Assembly: GCF_018350175.1 (NCBI RefSeq)
Contig: NC_058368.1
Span: 218,924,001 to 218,988,000 of the forward strand
Direction: 5' to 3'
DNA length: 64,000 nucleotides
Origin: Felis catus
Taxonomy: Eukaryota
Shown: positions 52,895 through 64,000 of the stretch, piece by piece
Numbering within the stretch: the first letter of the stretch is position 1
Layout: each line of letters begins with the position of its first letter
Program-made: the position numbers and the translations under genes
Notes under the pieces: generated by a model
What the model saw: only the letters and a program-made list of their open reading frames with translations
What the model was told of the DNA's origin: nothing
Database searches by the model: none

Positions 52895-53090
52895 TGACAC
52901 ATTAGCTAAGCAGCCATGATGGCCAAGACTTAAGCCCAGCAATAAGAGCTTTCATCTACCAAGACAGATGTAACTATTCTGTTTTGAATATTCAACCTGT
53001 CAGAACAAAGATCAGTATTGAGCTGTGGATGTTGCATGCACCATTGCTCAAGGAGACCAAGAGGCCACTTGGTGACAAATTAAGTAGCAC
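52895..53090 (+). mobile_element. ERVL pol integrase N-terminal fragment (pseudogenised)
   Basis: Frame-shifted translation AQQ*ELSSTKTDV/EYSTCQ/EQRSVLS/TIAQGDQEATW*QI matches recalled ERVL IN AQQHGLPLTKADL..ECPICQQQRPTLS..TIPRGDQPATWWQVD. Confidence 0.75.
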
Positions 53091-53094
53091 CTTT

Positions 53095-54546
53095 GGGCTC
53101 TGTTTCTCTATTTTCCCCTGTGAAGGCCACACACTTAACCATCTTCATAAGTCTTTGTCAGTTAGGCACTTTATTATCCCCTTTGCCCTTGCCATCCATA
53201 ACAGTAATTGCAACCTCCTGACACCTGACTTCTGTGACTTTTGAGACCCATCATTAAGGTCTGCAGTTGCATCTTCTATACCAGCCCTGTCTGTAGAGGA
53301 GAACTTCGTAGTGTTGGTGGTGTCCCTCTCACTTCATGCTATTGGTAAATGGTGAGTCTTCTGGACTCTTCTATGGAGTATAAATCTCTGCTGGGTATTC
53401 TGACCTTAATTATCCATTCCAGCATGTCCACTTCCCTTAACCTCCTTCTTCCCTCTTCTATCCTGTTCCCTAGGGCAACTCGACCCTTTAGCCTCCCTTA
53501 TTGTTCTCCATTGCTTCTCCCAGATTTCCAACTGCAGTAGGTACTTTTCTTCCAATCCCTTGAGGTACCTTCTGGGATAGGTCCTATATCCTGAGAAACA
53601 GTCCCCAATTCAATAAGTAGTTGCCTACATACATTTACATTTTGATCCCCTTGATCAATAACCCTCAAGATTCAATCCTAGAAACACTTCCCTGGCTCTA
53701 ATCCATACATAATACCTATTTCTTGTAACTTTTTTGGTTTATGGTCTCTTTCTTATGTTAGATTCAGTGTGTTCCCAGGCAGGTTTTTTTCTGGGATTTA
53801 TAGCCATCATTATTCTGGCAGTCAGGAAAGAATATAAAGGTAGCTCCTGAGAGGGGGAAATAAAATAAAAAACTTTAGCCTTGTGGAGCAGCATCTTCTC
53901 ACATAACAGAAGTTCTAGCTTTTATTAGGGAAGGGTAGGCAACCTTTGTAAGCCCAGAGAGTCCAGTAGGGGACTTTGAGTCAACATACTCAAGTGTTTC
54001 CATACACACATGTCTGCCCCGTGTTTCAGGATCCCAGGTTTTTCCCAGGAGGCCCTGAGCTTCACATAACAGACTGAGCATATAAATGTCTGTGGAGGTC
54101 TCCAACTGTGACCAATAGTTGCTCACCTTTAGTCTGTTATTATACTTCAAGATATGAGGGCCTCATTTAAGACCCTATGCCTCTCAAACTTAGCTATTAA
54201 TGCTTCTTAATAGTCATCAGTCTTTTAATATCCCTCTGATAGCATTCATACAACTCAGTAAGCAGTCAGTTCTGTTGTCTTTATGGACACTGTCCTCCTA
54301 TTCACTCTCTGCTCCTCCATATTCTTTGAATGCTTGAATCATCCCTTCTGCTGCAGCATTCCTTACCCCTGGAACACATTCCAAGGTAACTGCCCGTGAA
54401 ATATTTAGCAGCTAAGCCACTATCTTTTTCTAGGACAGTCTGTACCCTACTTACTGAATGTACCCTACTTTGGATGCATGGTGTATGAGCCAGTTCCAAA
54501 TTCCTCATCTTATCTGCTGTATTCGTAGAACAGTTCTAGTACCATT
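53095..54546 (-). mobile_element. ERVL internal leader and gag remnant (ERV3-16A3-int-like)
   Basis: PBS-like tggtactagaactg directly after the LTR; antisense gag-like VRGTP...DKDL*RWL...GKIE. Confidence 0.7.
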
Positions 54547-54970
54547 TGTGTTAGTCCTGATCTTCTAAGAAGTGGACACTTGGAATTAATTAGCCATGCA
54601 GGGGCTTTATTAAGAGTAATGCTTATCAAGAAAAAGGGAAGGAAACAGGAAAGGTGGGAGAGGCATTAGACTTTGATGTTGATCCCAGCTGTAGGCCATA
54701 GGTAAGGAAGGAAGATTGAGTGAAATCATCTTAGAAAGCAAAACAGGTCTAAGAGAGTTTAGTAAAAGTCACATCTCATTTGAGTCCTCTGACTCCCAGG
54801 AACAGGACTAACTTAATATCTTTGCCATGCTTAGTCTTTGGCTGAATTTTGTGGGAAGGGTGGTCTCAGTGTGAACACTGATAAATTAAGAAGAGTGTAG
54901 CAGCTGGAGCCATCAGTCAACTACACTCTGCAGACAGAGATTGAAAGGCATTTTTTTCATGGCTGCCACA
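54547..54970 (-). mobile_element. ERVL LTR16A/B-like 5' LTR
   Basis: Reverse strand begins TGTGGCAGCC and ends CTAACACA; internal gttgactgatggctccagctgc and aataaa present. Confidence 0.85.
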
Positions 54971-55189
54971 TACAGAAATAAATATATCTGGGTCTAGACA
55001 TCTAGATGTAGCATTGAAGTATTCAATGTATTTAGATTTAATTATCAAACATTGAACAGTTTTGATATATTATGCACGACATTGTTTATTAAGATAAATG
55101 CAATATTTATGGTGATGAGTGAATGTACGTATTCAGTGTATTTAAGGATATGTAATATATATTGGAAGTATGTTTGGGGTATAATGGGG

Positions 55190-55840
55190 TAAGGAATTGA
55201 TTTCTCTAGGCCAGGGGAATTAGGAATCTACTATAAAAATCCATGTGAGAATGAAATGTAAGTCAGAGATGATTGTTGAAAATGTTAGGAAAGGTCATGT
55301 ACAGACACATGGGACTATGGTGAAATAGGTGGACTAAGAGTGAGAAGTATATAGGGTGACTCCCAGCTTTTGGCTTCTTTGACTTGTGATGATGTTGACA
55401 TTCCTTCTGATGGAAAATAGAGACTTAAAGGAGCTCTGTTGTCACTGCGAGTGAGCATAGGGTGTGATATAATGACTTTCTGACACTTGTGGGTCATTCA
55501 CGTTAGATCAATTTTACTAGATTTAGAAAAGAATACTATACGATAAAGATTCAGATTGTGTGATGAATCTCTCCTATAGAGTGAGAGGACCAAGGCATCA
55601 GTGTTTTAAGGGTGGGGACCTAGTGTGAATTGTGTTTTTCAAAAGCCAAAGTAGACAATATGAAGAGGAAGAAAGTTTCTAATAGACATTACTGAGAAAT
55701 GACTATGGTCAAGGAATCTAATGAGTTCAATGTGCCCATGATTAGGAACTCATTGAGGAATTCTCCTAGACAGTGAGTGGAGTCATGCAGATGAAATCAT
55801 GACCAAAATATATTAAGAAGCAATGGGAGGCAAAGTAAAA
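55190..55840 (-). mobile_element. L2 fragment
   Basis: gggtgactcccagcttttggct...gatgttgacattcct.ctga.gg, aaagccaaagtagacaa...tttctaa; diverged. Confidence 0.5.
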
Positions 55841-57445
55841 ATAAGTTCCCTCCAGATTTCCCCTGGTTGTTAGTTGGAAGCCTAGCTCTATGACTATATA
55901 CATGAGGTCTCAAATATATACCACAAAAACAAATTCAACCTGCTGTATTGTCTTCTAGTTATTCCAGATGTATTTGAATAAGCCATGGACAACTACATTC
56001 ATTTTATTGTAATTTGAGAGACAATGTCTATCAAGATTCGAAATGCTGAGGAAACCCACCCTTAGCTATGACCTGAGGTACAGGATCAGATACCTCCTTT
56101 TTCTGACACTGCCAGTCCTCTACTCGAACCATTCCTCAAGCTCCATGTCAATTAAGACTTTGTCTCAAGGTACAGAATCTCAGTTAAAGACTAATTCATT
56201 ACTACATTAAAATTATTTTGGGTATCTATATGATTTGTCTCCTGGATAAAATCCATACAGAAATCTCTTAAGGATATTCACCTTGGAATAGGCTTGAGCC
56301 TTCATGTGGTCTGCATTTGGTGTATCACTACTGGTATAACTCTTCTTATTTTAAAATAAATCGTACTGTTTTTGAACTATCTAGACTATATACTATTTAC
56401 TGTATCTATACTGTATCCATCCATACAAATAGAGAGGTATCTATACTTTATAGATTTGCATGTGTGCAAAGTCTATAATGCCCAAATCATTGTATTAATT
56501 TAAAAATTGACATTACACATATTTGTCTTTTTATAAAGTTTTACAAAACCACCTTAATAAAGTAAATCATTTCGCCATCTCACATGTTTACATTATCTTA
56601 CACAAAACAATACTGTATTTCTAAATATAAATATTAAATATTTCTAAATATGAATATTTAAACATCCTTTTATTATTTAAAATGTACAACAAAGAACTAG
56701 TAACCTAGAAGTCCACCAGATCTTGAGTAAAGGAGATGTATAATTTAGACTGATGAATATTCAATACTTGCAACAAATAATTTGGATAATATAGTAGCAT
56801 ACATCACAAATATTTTGGGTAAACTTTATGCTCAGTTTTCCTTTTCCTTATCTGTGTAAGCTGCTATCTTACTCTGTCATTTTAGTTGATTGTATGTCTG
56901 TGTGTGTGTGTTTCTATAAAATTTTGTATCATCACAACTTTGCAAATATTATATATAGGAGTACTTTTAGCTTGATCTCCTTATACAATTTCATATAAGT
57001 TCACACATTTATAAAATATTACTTCCCAAAAAGCAATTAAATATTACAGTCTTGTCAGCTTTTTATATATCAAGACCAGTTACTCTTCTGTAAAGAACAC
57101 AAGTTACTTTAATTGGACAATGAGACAATTAATGGATTGTGGGTGGGAGTGGAGGTACTGAAAATAATTTATTGTAGTAGAAGTAATATCTATAATATGA
57201 TTTGTTGAGAGTTAGAAAAAGAAAAAAATAGCGATGCATGCTGAGAAAATGATACCACATACTACACTGGTTCAGAAATTGGAGATCTGACTGTGAGGGA
57301 TACATACGATATAAGCTAAAATGATCACAAAGACTTTAAGTAAATGCCTGTTAGGTGTCTCATTAGGAGAAAATCACATCAATTTGCTTTCCAGCTGAAT
57401 ATGTGGAATGGAGATTTGGAGACGTATATATTGGTATATACATAT

Positions 57446-57450
57446 ATCTA

Positions 57451-57498
<48 letters not shown>

Positions 57499-57507
57499 CA
57501 TCTATCT
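57446..57507. repeat. (TCTA)n tetranucleotide microsatellite
   Basis: Seen directly. Confidence 0.95.
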
Positions 57508-58348
57508 AGATGATAGAATTATAATTAATTTGATGAGTCTAAAAGGAAGCAACAAGTCATTCCATCTATGACAAGCAAAGTGAAAAGAGTAAGCTTATAG
57601 GTAAGAGAGTGGGAAACTGATGAAATTCACATATAAGAGTATAACTTTTTCAAGTGATATAGAAGTTAATATATAGTCAAGTGCCAAATACCTTGTATAA
57701 GTAATTCAAATATATATGATCTAGGAGACATCTGAAATACCATTTAATATCTTTGGCTTTTTTGAGACAATTTGTGACTTATAAAATTGAAAATGAAAAA
57801 CAAAACAAAGCAAAAAACTACCCAAATATAAACTAAATTATTTGATCCATTAAAAAATTAAAGAAAACATACCCATTCAAATAGTGAGTGACTATTAAAT
57901 TATAGCCTATTTCCCTTTTTTTCTTTATTACCATAACTAACTGAATCAAGCTCAAATAATTCCTATTATTCTGAAATATGAATATATTTCTTAAGAGTCT
58001 CTAGTAAATGTATATATATTTATGCATAACAGAGTGATACTTACCAAGATAGTGTTCTCCAAAGAAAAATAAAAATATATATATGTACATATATATACAC
58101 ATATATTTTGAAATTAAAAAAAACAAAATGAGAGAGTGTTACACATATTTGAAAAATATATTAAATCTGAAAATTTTAAATGTAAAACTTACTGTGACTA
58201 GTATTATAGCAAGTTATTCAAAATGAATAATTCATTAAACTACAAGCATTTCCTTATTAGATAAGGGTTATTTTTATATATTTTTGCTTTGCTTACTTAA
58301 TTTTACTTTCCATATTTTACTTATAGCATTTAATCGATTACATTATTT

Positions 58349-59538
58349 TTATTTCTTTTTCAAGTTTTTATTTAAATTCCAGTTAGTTAAGATACAGTGT
58401 AATAATAGTTTCAGGTGTAGAGTTTATTGATTCATCACTTACATACATCATCCAGTGCTCATCACAAGTGCCCTCCTTAATCCTCATCACCTATTTAACC
58501 CATCTCCCCACCCACTTGCCCTCCAATAGCCATCAGTTTGTTAAAAGTCTGTTTCTTGGTTTCCCTCTCTATTTTTTTTTGTCCTCCACCATGTTCATTT
58601 GTTTTGTTTCTCAAATTCCACATGAGTAAAATCACATGGTATTTGTCTTTCTCTAACTTACTTCGTGTAGCATAATACTCTCTAGCTCTATCAACATTGA
58701 ATGCAATCCCTATCAAAATACCACCAATATTTTTCACAGAGCTAGAACAGTCCTAAAATTTGTATGGAACCATAAAAGACCGTGAAGAGCTAAATCAAAG
58801 AAAAGCAAAGCTGGAGGCATTACAATTCCAGAATTCAAATTATATTATAAAGCTGTAGTGATCAAGACAGTATGATAGTCACACAAAGACACATAAATCA
58901 ATGGAACAGAATAGAAAACCCCAAAATGAACCCACAACTCCATGGGCAATTAATCTTTGATAAAGCAGGAAAGAATATCCAATGGGAAAAAGATAATATC
59001 TTCAACAAATGGTGTTGGGACAACTGGACAGCAACATGCCAAACAATGAAATTGCACCACTTTCTTACACCAAATAAATAAATTCAAAGTGGATTAAAGA
59101 CCTCAATGTGAGACAAGAAACCATTAAACTCCTAGAGAACACAGGCAGTAACTTCTTTGATATCAGCTATAGTAACTTCTTACTAGATATGTCTCCTTAG
59201 GCAAGGGAAACAAAAACAAAAATAAACTCTTGGGACCTCATCAAAATAAAGAGCTTCTGCACAGTGAAGGAAACAATCAACAAAACCCAAAGGCAACCTA
59301 TGAGATGGGAGAAGATATTTGCAAATGACGTATCTGATGAAGTGTTTGTATCTAAAATATGTAAAGAACTTATAGAACTAAACACCAAAAAAAAAAAAAA
59401 CCCAAATAATCCAGTTAAAAAATGGGAAGAAGATGTGAATTGACATTTTTCCAAAAGAAGATATACATATGACTAACAGACACATAAAAAGACACTCAAT
59501 ATCACTTATCATCAGGAAAATACAAACCAGGAAGTACA
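58349..59538 (-). mobile_element. Carnivore L1 with 5' inversion (3' end antisense 58349-~58692; ORF2 segment sense ~58693-59538)
   Basis: ORF2 peptide [42 protein letters not shown] aatc(g/a)attacattattt at 58332-58348 and 59539-59555. Confidence 0.92.
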
Positions 59539-60781
59539 AATCAATTACATTATTTCAATTACATAAATTTATTTTAGAGTGTTTCACAGTTTTTATGGAT
59601 GTTGAAAGAAGTGGACAAAAATTAAAGAAGAAGGAAAACAATTAATAAAGCCCTAAAACCATTTGTTACATACTTATACTAATTTAGAACTCTTAGGTAG
59701 CATTTTTCTGTAGGAAATTTAAAATTAAATATTTTGATAGTTTCTTGTTTTACCAAAATCAGCATGTAATTTTACCTCATTACTTCTTTTATTGATTTAT
59801 TCAACTCCAAAATAGGCGTACATATTTCAAAGACAGTCATGAAATGCTGTTATTTTTTAAGGATGGAAACTAATGTTCTTCAAGTTCCATAGTAAAACAA
59901 TTTTGCTACATTCCGATATCCACCTGAATAAAATGAATATATCAGGAATGTGTTCTTAAACTTTTATGCAAGTAGTATACTACTTTCAGTTTATCATCCT
60001 AATATGGCATCTATAGAACACAGGCTTTCTCTCAGACATGTGAAAATATATTATTTTTCTGACTTTGTTTACTATGTCATTTAGCTTGAGAATTTATAAA
60101 TCTATTTTATCTATCTACTTTTTTAAACTTAAATGTAGTAATGGAAAATATTTAATTTAACATAGTATAAAACCATTAATTATGGTAACTAAGGTATCCC
60201 AGTGTTCACTATGAAAGGCAAAAAATCTGTAAGCACATCTACTTTACAAATTTGCTTAAGTCATTGAACAATTTACTTGTCTCAGAAAATAACCTTTCAC
60301 AAAATTCATTTTTGATATATTTGTATTCTGCTATGTGAATCGACATATGTCTGAGCGTGGAAGGTTGTATAACAAATGGTGCCTTGTCACATGATATGAC
60401 ATATGTGTGGATGTAGGCTATATAACTTATACATTAGTAAACTTTCCATTGACATTAACAGATGAGCTCCTTGTTTATAGAGTGACTATGAAATATTTTC
60501 ATCTCCCATGAAGGACAAAAAGGAGGCTTAAAGGAAATGTGAGCACAGACCCACAGAATGTTTAAGTAATAAGGTTGGTCATCTACAGGTAGAAATGATC
60601 TTAAAAGCCACTCATTATAATTCTCTGAGCTACTCTGTCATTTTGATCCTTACTTTTTTTTTCCCCTTCCAACCAAAAAATAAATAAGCTCTTTTGTCAA
60701 ATATACAGCGTGTCTTTTGTGATATGACATACTACATACACATAGTTTGTTTTTGTTTAAAACTTTTGAAGATAAGTTTTA

Positions 60782-60991
60782 GGGGCACCTGGGTGGCTCA
60801 GTCAGTTAAGCAACTGACTTTTGATTTAAGCTCAGGTCATGATCTTGTGGTTCATGAGATCGAGCACTGTGTTGGGCTCTGCACTGATAGGGCTGAGCCT
60901 GGTTGGGATTCTCTCTCCCCTCCTCTTTTCTGCCCCTTTCCTCTCACGTGCAGGTATGTGCTCTCTCAAAAGTAATAAACATTTAAAAATA
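60782..60991 (+). mobile_element. Can-SINE (SINEC_Fc2-like)
   Basis: Imperfect TSD aag(a/g)taagtttta. Confidence 0.93.
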
Positions 60992-61469
60992 AAGGTAAGT
61001 TTTAAACTTACCGTATAATATAGTTTGGTTTTGATTTATTCATTTATTCATTCATTCATTGGTTAAAAGAAGAAAAAAAGCACTTCTGGAAAAGAAACTT
61101 TTGGAGGGGACCACTTTTTTAAAAATTACTTAAAAATCAGTATGTTTTTTTCCTGTATATAAATGGAAACATCACTTCATCTTACAGAAGTATCCCTTTT
61201 CCCTGGAAATAACTATGTGAATATCCCTTGTTGCAAAACAAGAAACTTCTTCCATTTCCACTAGGGAGCATATACCAGGCCATTCTGATAATACAGGGTA
61301 ACCTCTGTAAGTGTATCTACTACAGTGACCCTCACCAAAGAATTTGGATGTTTTAGAACTGTAATAGTGCACATTTTCCTAGAAGTACAAGAATTTCACA
61401 ATTCCATCTCTTGATAATTAAATTTTATCAAAAAAATTATTTAGATGAATTAGTTTACAATGGCCAAGG

Positions 61470-62010
61470 TGATTAAAAGAAAAAGGCCAACATTGTCTCT
61501 GAGAAATAATCTGGGAAATAATTTTCCATAAATAATTTGCCATAAAAGTGAGAATGGATTGAATCATCTGAGCGCCTCACCATGGTAGCTGAACTTTGAA
61601 GCATGATTATTTGGTCACAGAATGGCCTGGCATAACTCATAGACCTGTTGACCACATGTTGGGAGAAAAAAAACGTGTCTCTGTGGTATATGTGCTGATC
61701 TGTGAATTGGAAGTAGAGATAGATAAGATTGGGAACCAAGTTGTTTTTGATATGAGACAACCTTCACCATGTGTGACTTGGGAAAGAGTGACCTCCTTTA
61801 TGTTTGAGAACCACAATGGCTTCACTAAATGAACAGATAATCGTACTATATTTTAAGCCCTGCAAGCAAGAGATTGATGAGAACAGACTTCAGCAGCAGT
61901 GGTTAATGGAGGCATTTCTTCAAAATGCCGAATATCAGAGGTATACACCAGACTGCTACTTTGAAAAAGCCAGTGAACTGGTCCTGAACCTGCAGTAATC
62001 ATCAGACAGG
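61470..62010 (+). mobile_element. Possible very old CR1/L3-type RT remnant
   Basis: Degenerate, ordered peptides KKANIV, SQNGL, VSVVYV..IDKI, VVNGGISS..GPEP resemble CR1 RT KKANVT, SQHGF, VDVVYLDF..FD, VVNG..SS..LGPVL. Confidence 0.35.
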
Positions 62011-62019
62011 TCAAAACAC

Positions 62020-62335
62020 AAAGTGAAAGAGAAACAGGCTCAAACACAGAGAGCAAACTGACGATTGCCAGAGGGGAGAGGAGTGTGGGGATGAGTGAAA
62101 CAGGGTGAAGGAGATTAAGAGGTACAAGCCTCCAGTTATAACATGAGTAAGTCATGAGGATGCAATGCACAGCATAGACAAGATAGTCAATAGCATTGCA
62201 ATAACTTTACATGGTAACAGGTAGTAGCTAGACCTGCTGTAGTTGTTACTTTGTCATGTAAAAAATGTCAAACCATTATGTGGCACACTTAAAACTAACA
62301 ATATTGTAAGTTAACTATAATTCAGTTTTTTTAAA
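62020..62335 (+). mobile_element. L1 3'-UTR fragment
   Basis: aacacagagagcaaactga..attgccagagggg...gattaagaggtacaa.cctccagttataa...gtaagttaactata. Confidence 0.85.
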
Positions 62336-63492
62336 GGCTATCAGGAGCCATTTCTGTATGACACAAGAAGTCCATCCTATTTCTCATATACCACTGTGAA
62401 ACTGTGTAAGAATTTTGAGGGTCCCTGAGAGTATTTTTCAAAGAGAAATTTAGAACAAGATTGTATTTTCAACTATGCAATACAGTTTCAGTATTAAAGG
62501 AAAGATATAATTGTTTATGACCAATTTGCGAGGACCAAAAATCATAGATGTTAAGCCTTTATTCACTCGAAGTATATTGAGCATATGGTCTGTGGCAGGC
62601 AATGCAATAGATGTTAGTTTAGATACATAAATATCAAGAAATTTTCTGTTCATTGGGGAAAGGAAATAAAAAAGGATTAGATGTAACTAAGAATGTATGT
62701 GAATTTACTTTTTGCTGTCTTTTAATAGCATGTGTTTTTAAGAACTATTATTAGCATATGCAATCTGGTGTTCCAAATAGAGTAGACAACAACATATCAT
62801 TATTTCCACCATAGGTTGTACTATTGTACAACTATTTTTAGAAAGAATTTAGCAATGCTATCAACAATCTAAAAATGACTGTGGAATCAGAATTTAGGAT
62901 TACTCCCAAGGTGTTAAGTATGTGGACAATAATTTACATCTTTGTTACAGAGAATAATTTAAAATCTCATAACTATATAATAAAAGTTACTGGTTAAATT
63001 GTTTCCTCAAGGATAGGGTTGAATATTATATGAACATTGTAATTTTATTTACATGTGGAGATTTAATTATATCTAAAAAAATTAAAGACATAGTATTGAA
63101 AGAAGAAAGATGATATGATTACATTAAAAATCTATACACACATAGGAGACATTAAAATAGTAGTGATTTTTATTTCCTATCTTTGATCATCTGTTTGTCT
63201 AAGTACATATATAGCTAGAAGCTTAATTGTATGTTAAGATATAATACTTTTTATCATTCATCATTTATCATTCTTCAAAATTATGAAGTTAAAAAAAGAA
63301 CAAACAAAATACCATTAAAAACATGGCTAATTTGAAAAAGAAATAAGATAATTATCAACATGAAAAAAATACATAATAAATACAATTAAATAATTAAGAA
63401 TCTGTTTAACATAAAATTGTATATAGCAGAATAGGGACCTGATATAAATATAAAATTTATATTTATAAATTCATCAGGAATGAAACAGTTAA

Positions 63493-63720
63493 GGGGCACC
63501 TGGGTGGTCAGTCGATTAAGCCTCCGACATCAGCTCAGGTCGTGATCTCATGGTTCGTGAATTCGAGCCTCGAGTCGGGCCCTGTGCTGACTGCTCAAAG
63601 CCTGGAGCCTGCTTTAGATTCTGTGTCCCCCCACTCTCATCCCCTCTCCCATTTACACTTTCTCCCACAAAAATAAATAAACTTCAAAAAAAAACCAAAA
63701 AACCAAAAACAAAAACAATA
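63493..63720 (+). mobile_element. Can-SINE (SINEC_Fc-like)
   Basis: Canonical head; (AAAAC)n-type tail; short TSD acagtta. Confidence 0.93.
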
Positions 63721-64000
63721 ACACAGTTATAAGCAATGACAAAACTCAGGTAAAGGGTCTGTTAAATTCTATTGTCTTTACTAGTAACATCCAATGTCTT
63801 GAACTTCCTGTCACTGAAATCAGGAAAGGTTTACTGAAGTGTACTTGGAAAACAAAGCATAATTTTCACTGAAAAAGAGACATAGGAATTTTACAATAGA
63901 GGCCTCAAGTCAAAATTCTGAAGTAAAACACAGGTAGTCTACATAGTTTTGACATACATTTTAATAGCTGTTGTCACTAAAGAAATATTATATAAATATT

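Overview
AT-rich, repeat-dense, non-coding mammalian DNA from a felid (cat family). About 28 tRNA-derived Can-SINEs of feline type are present, three of them young and CpG-intact. I find no protein-coding exon, CpG island, rRNA, functional tRNA or CRISPR array. The supplied ORFs I could assign are explained by SINE, L1, LTR or microsatellite sequence, and none of the others resembles a host protein I recognise. The window reads as intergenic or deep-intronic DNA. It contains a decayed, 3'-truncated 7SK snRNA retrocopy (824-1084), carnivore and ancient L1 fragments (three with 5' inversions typical of twin priming), and MaLR/ERVL/ERV1 LTR remnants. These include a nested MaLR provirus and an LTR16-type ERVL provirus whose gag is joined to an inverted integrase fragment. 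There are also L2, DNA-transposon fossils, possible CR1/L3 remnants, and a ~1.1-kb complex TA tandem repeat that arose inside an L1. Repeat family names come from recalled consensus similarity, not a database run, and boundaries of old elements are approximate. I could not support a new biological system; the most notable items are structural records of retrotransposition and rearrangement.
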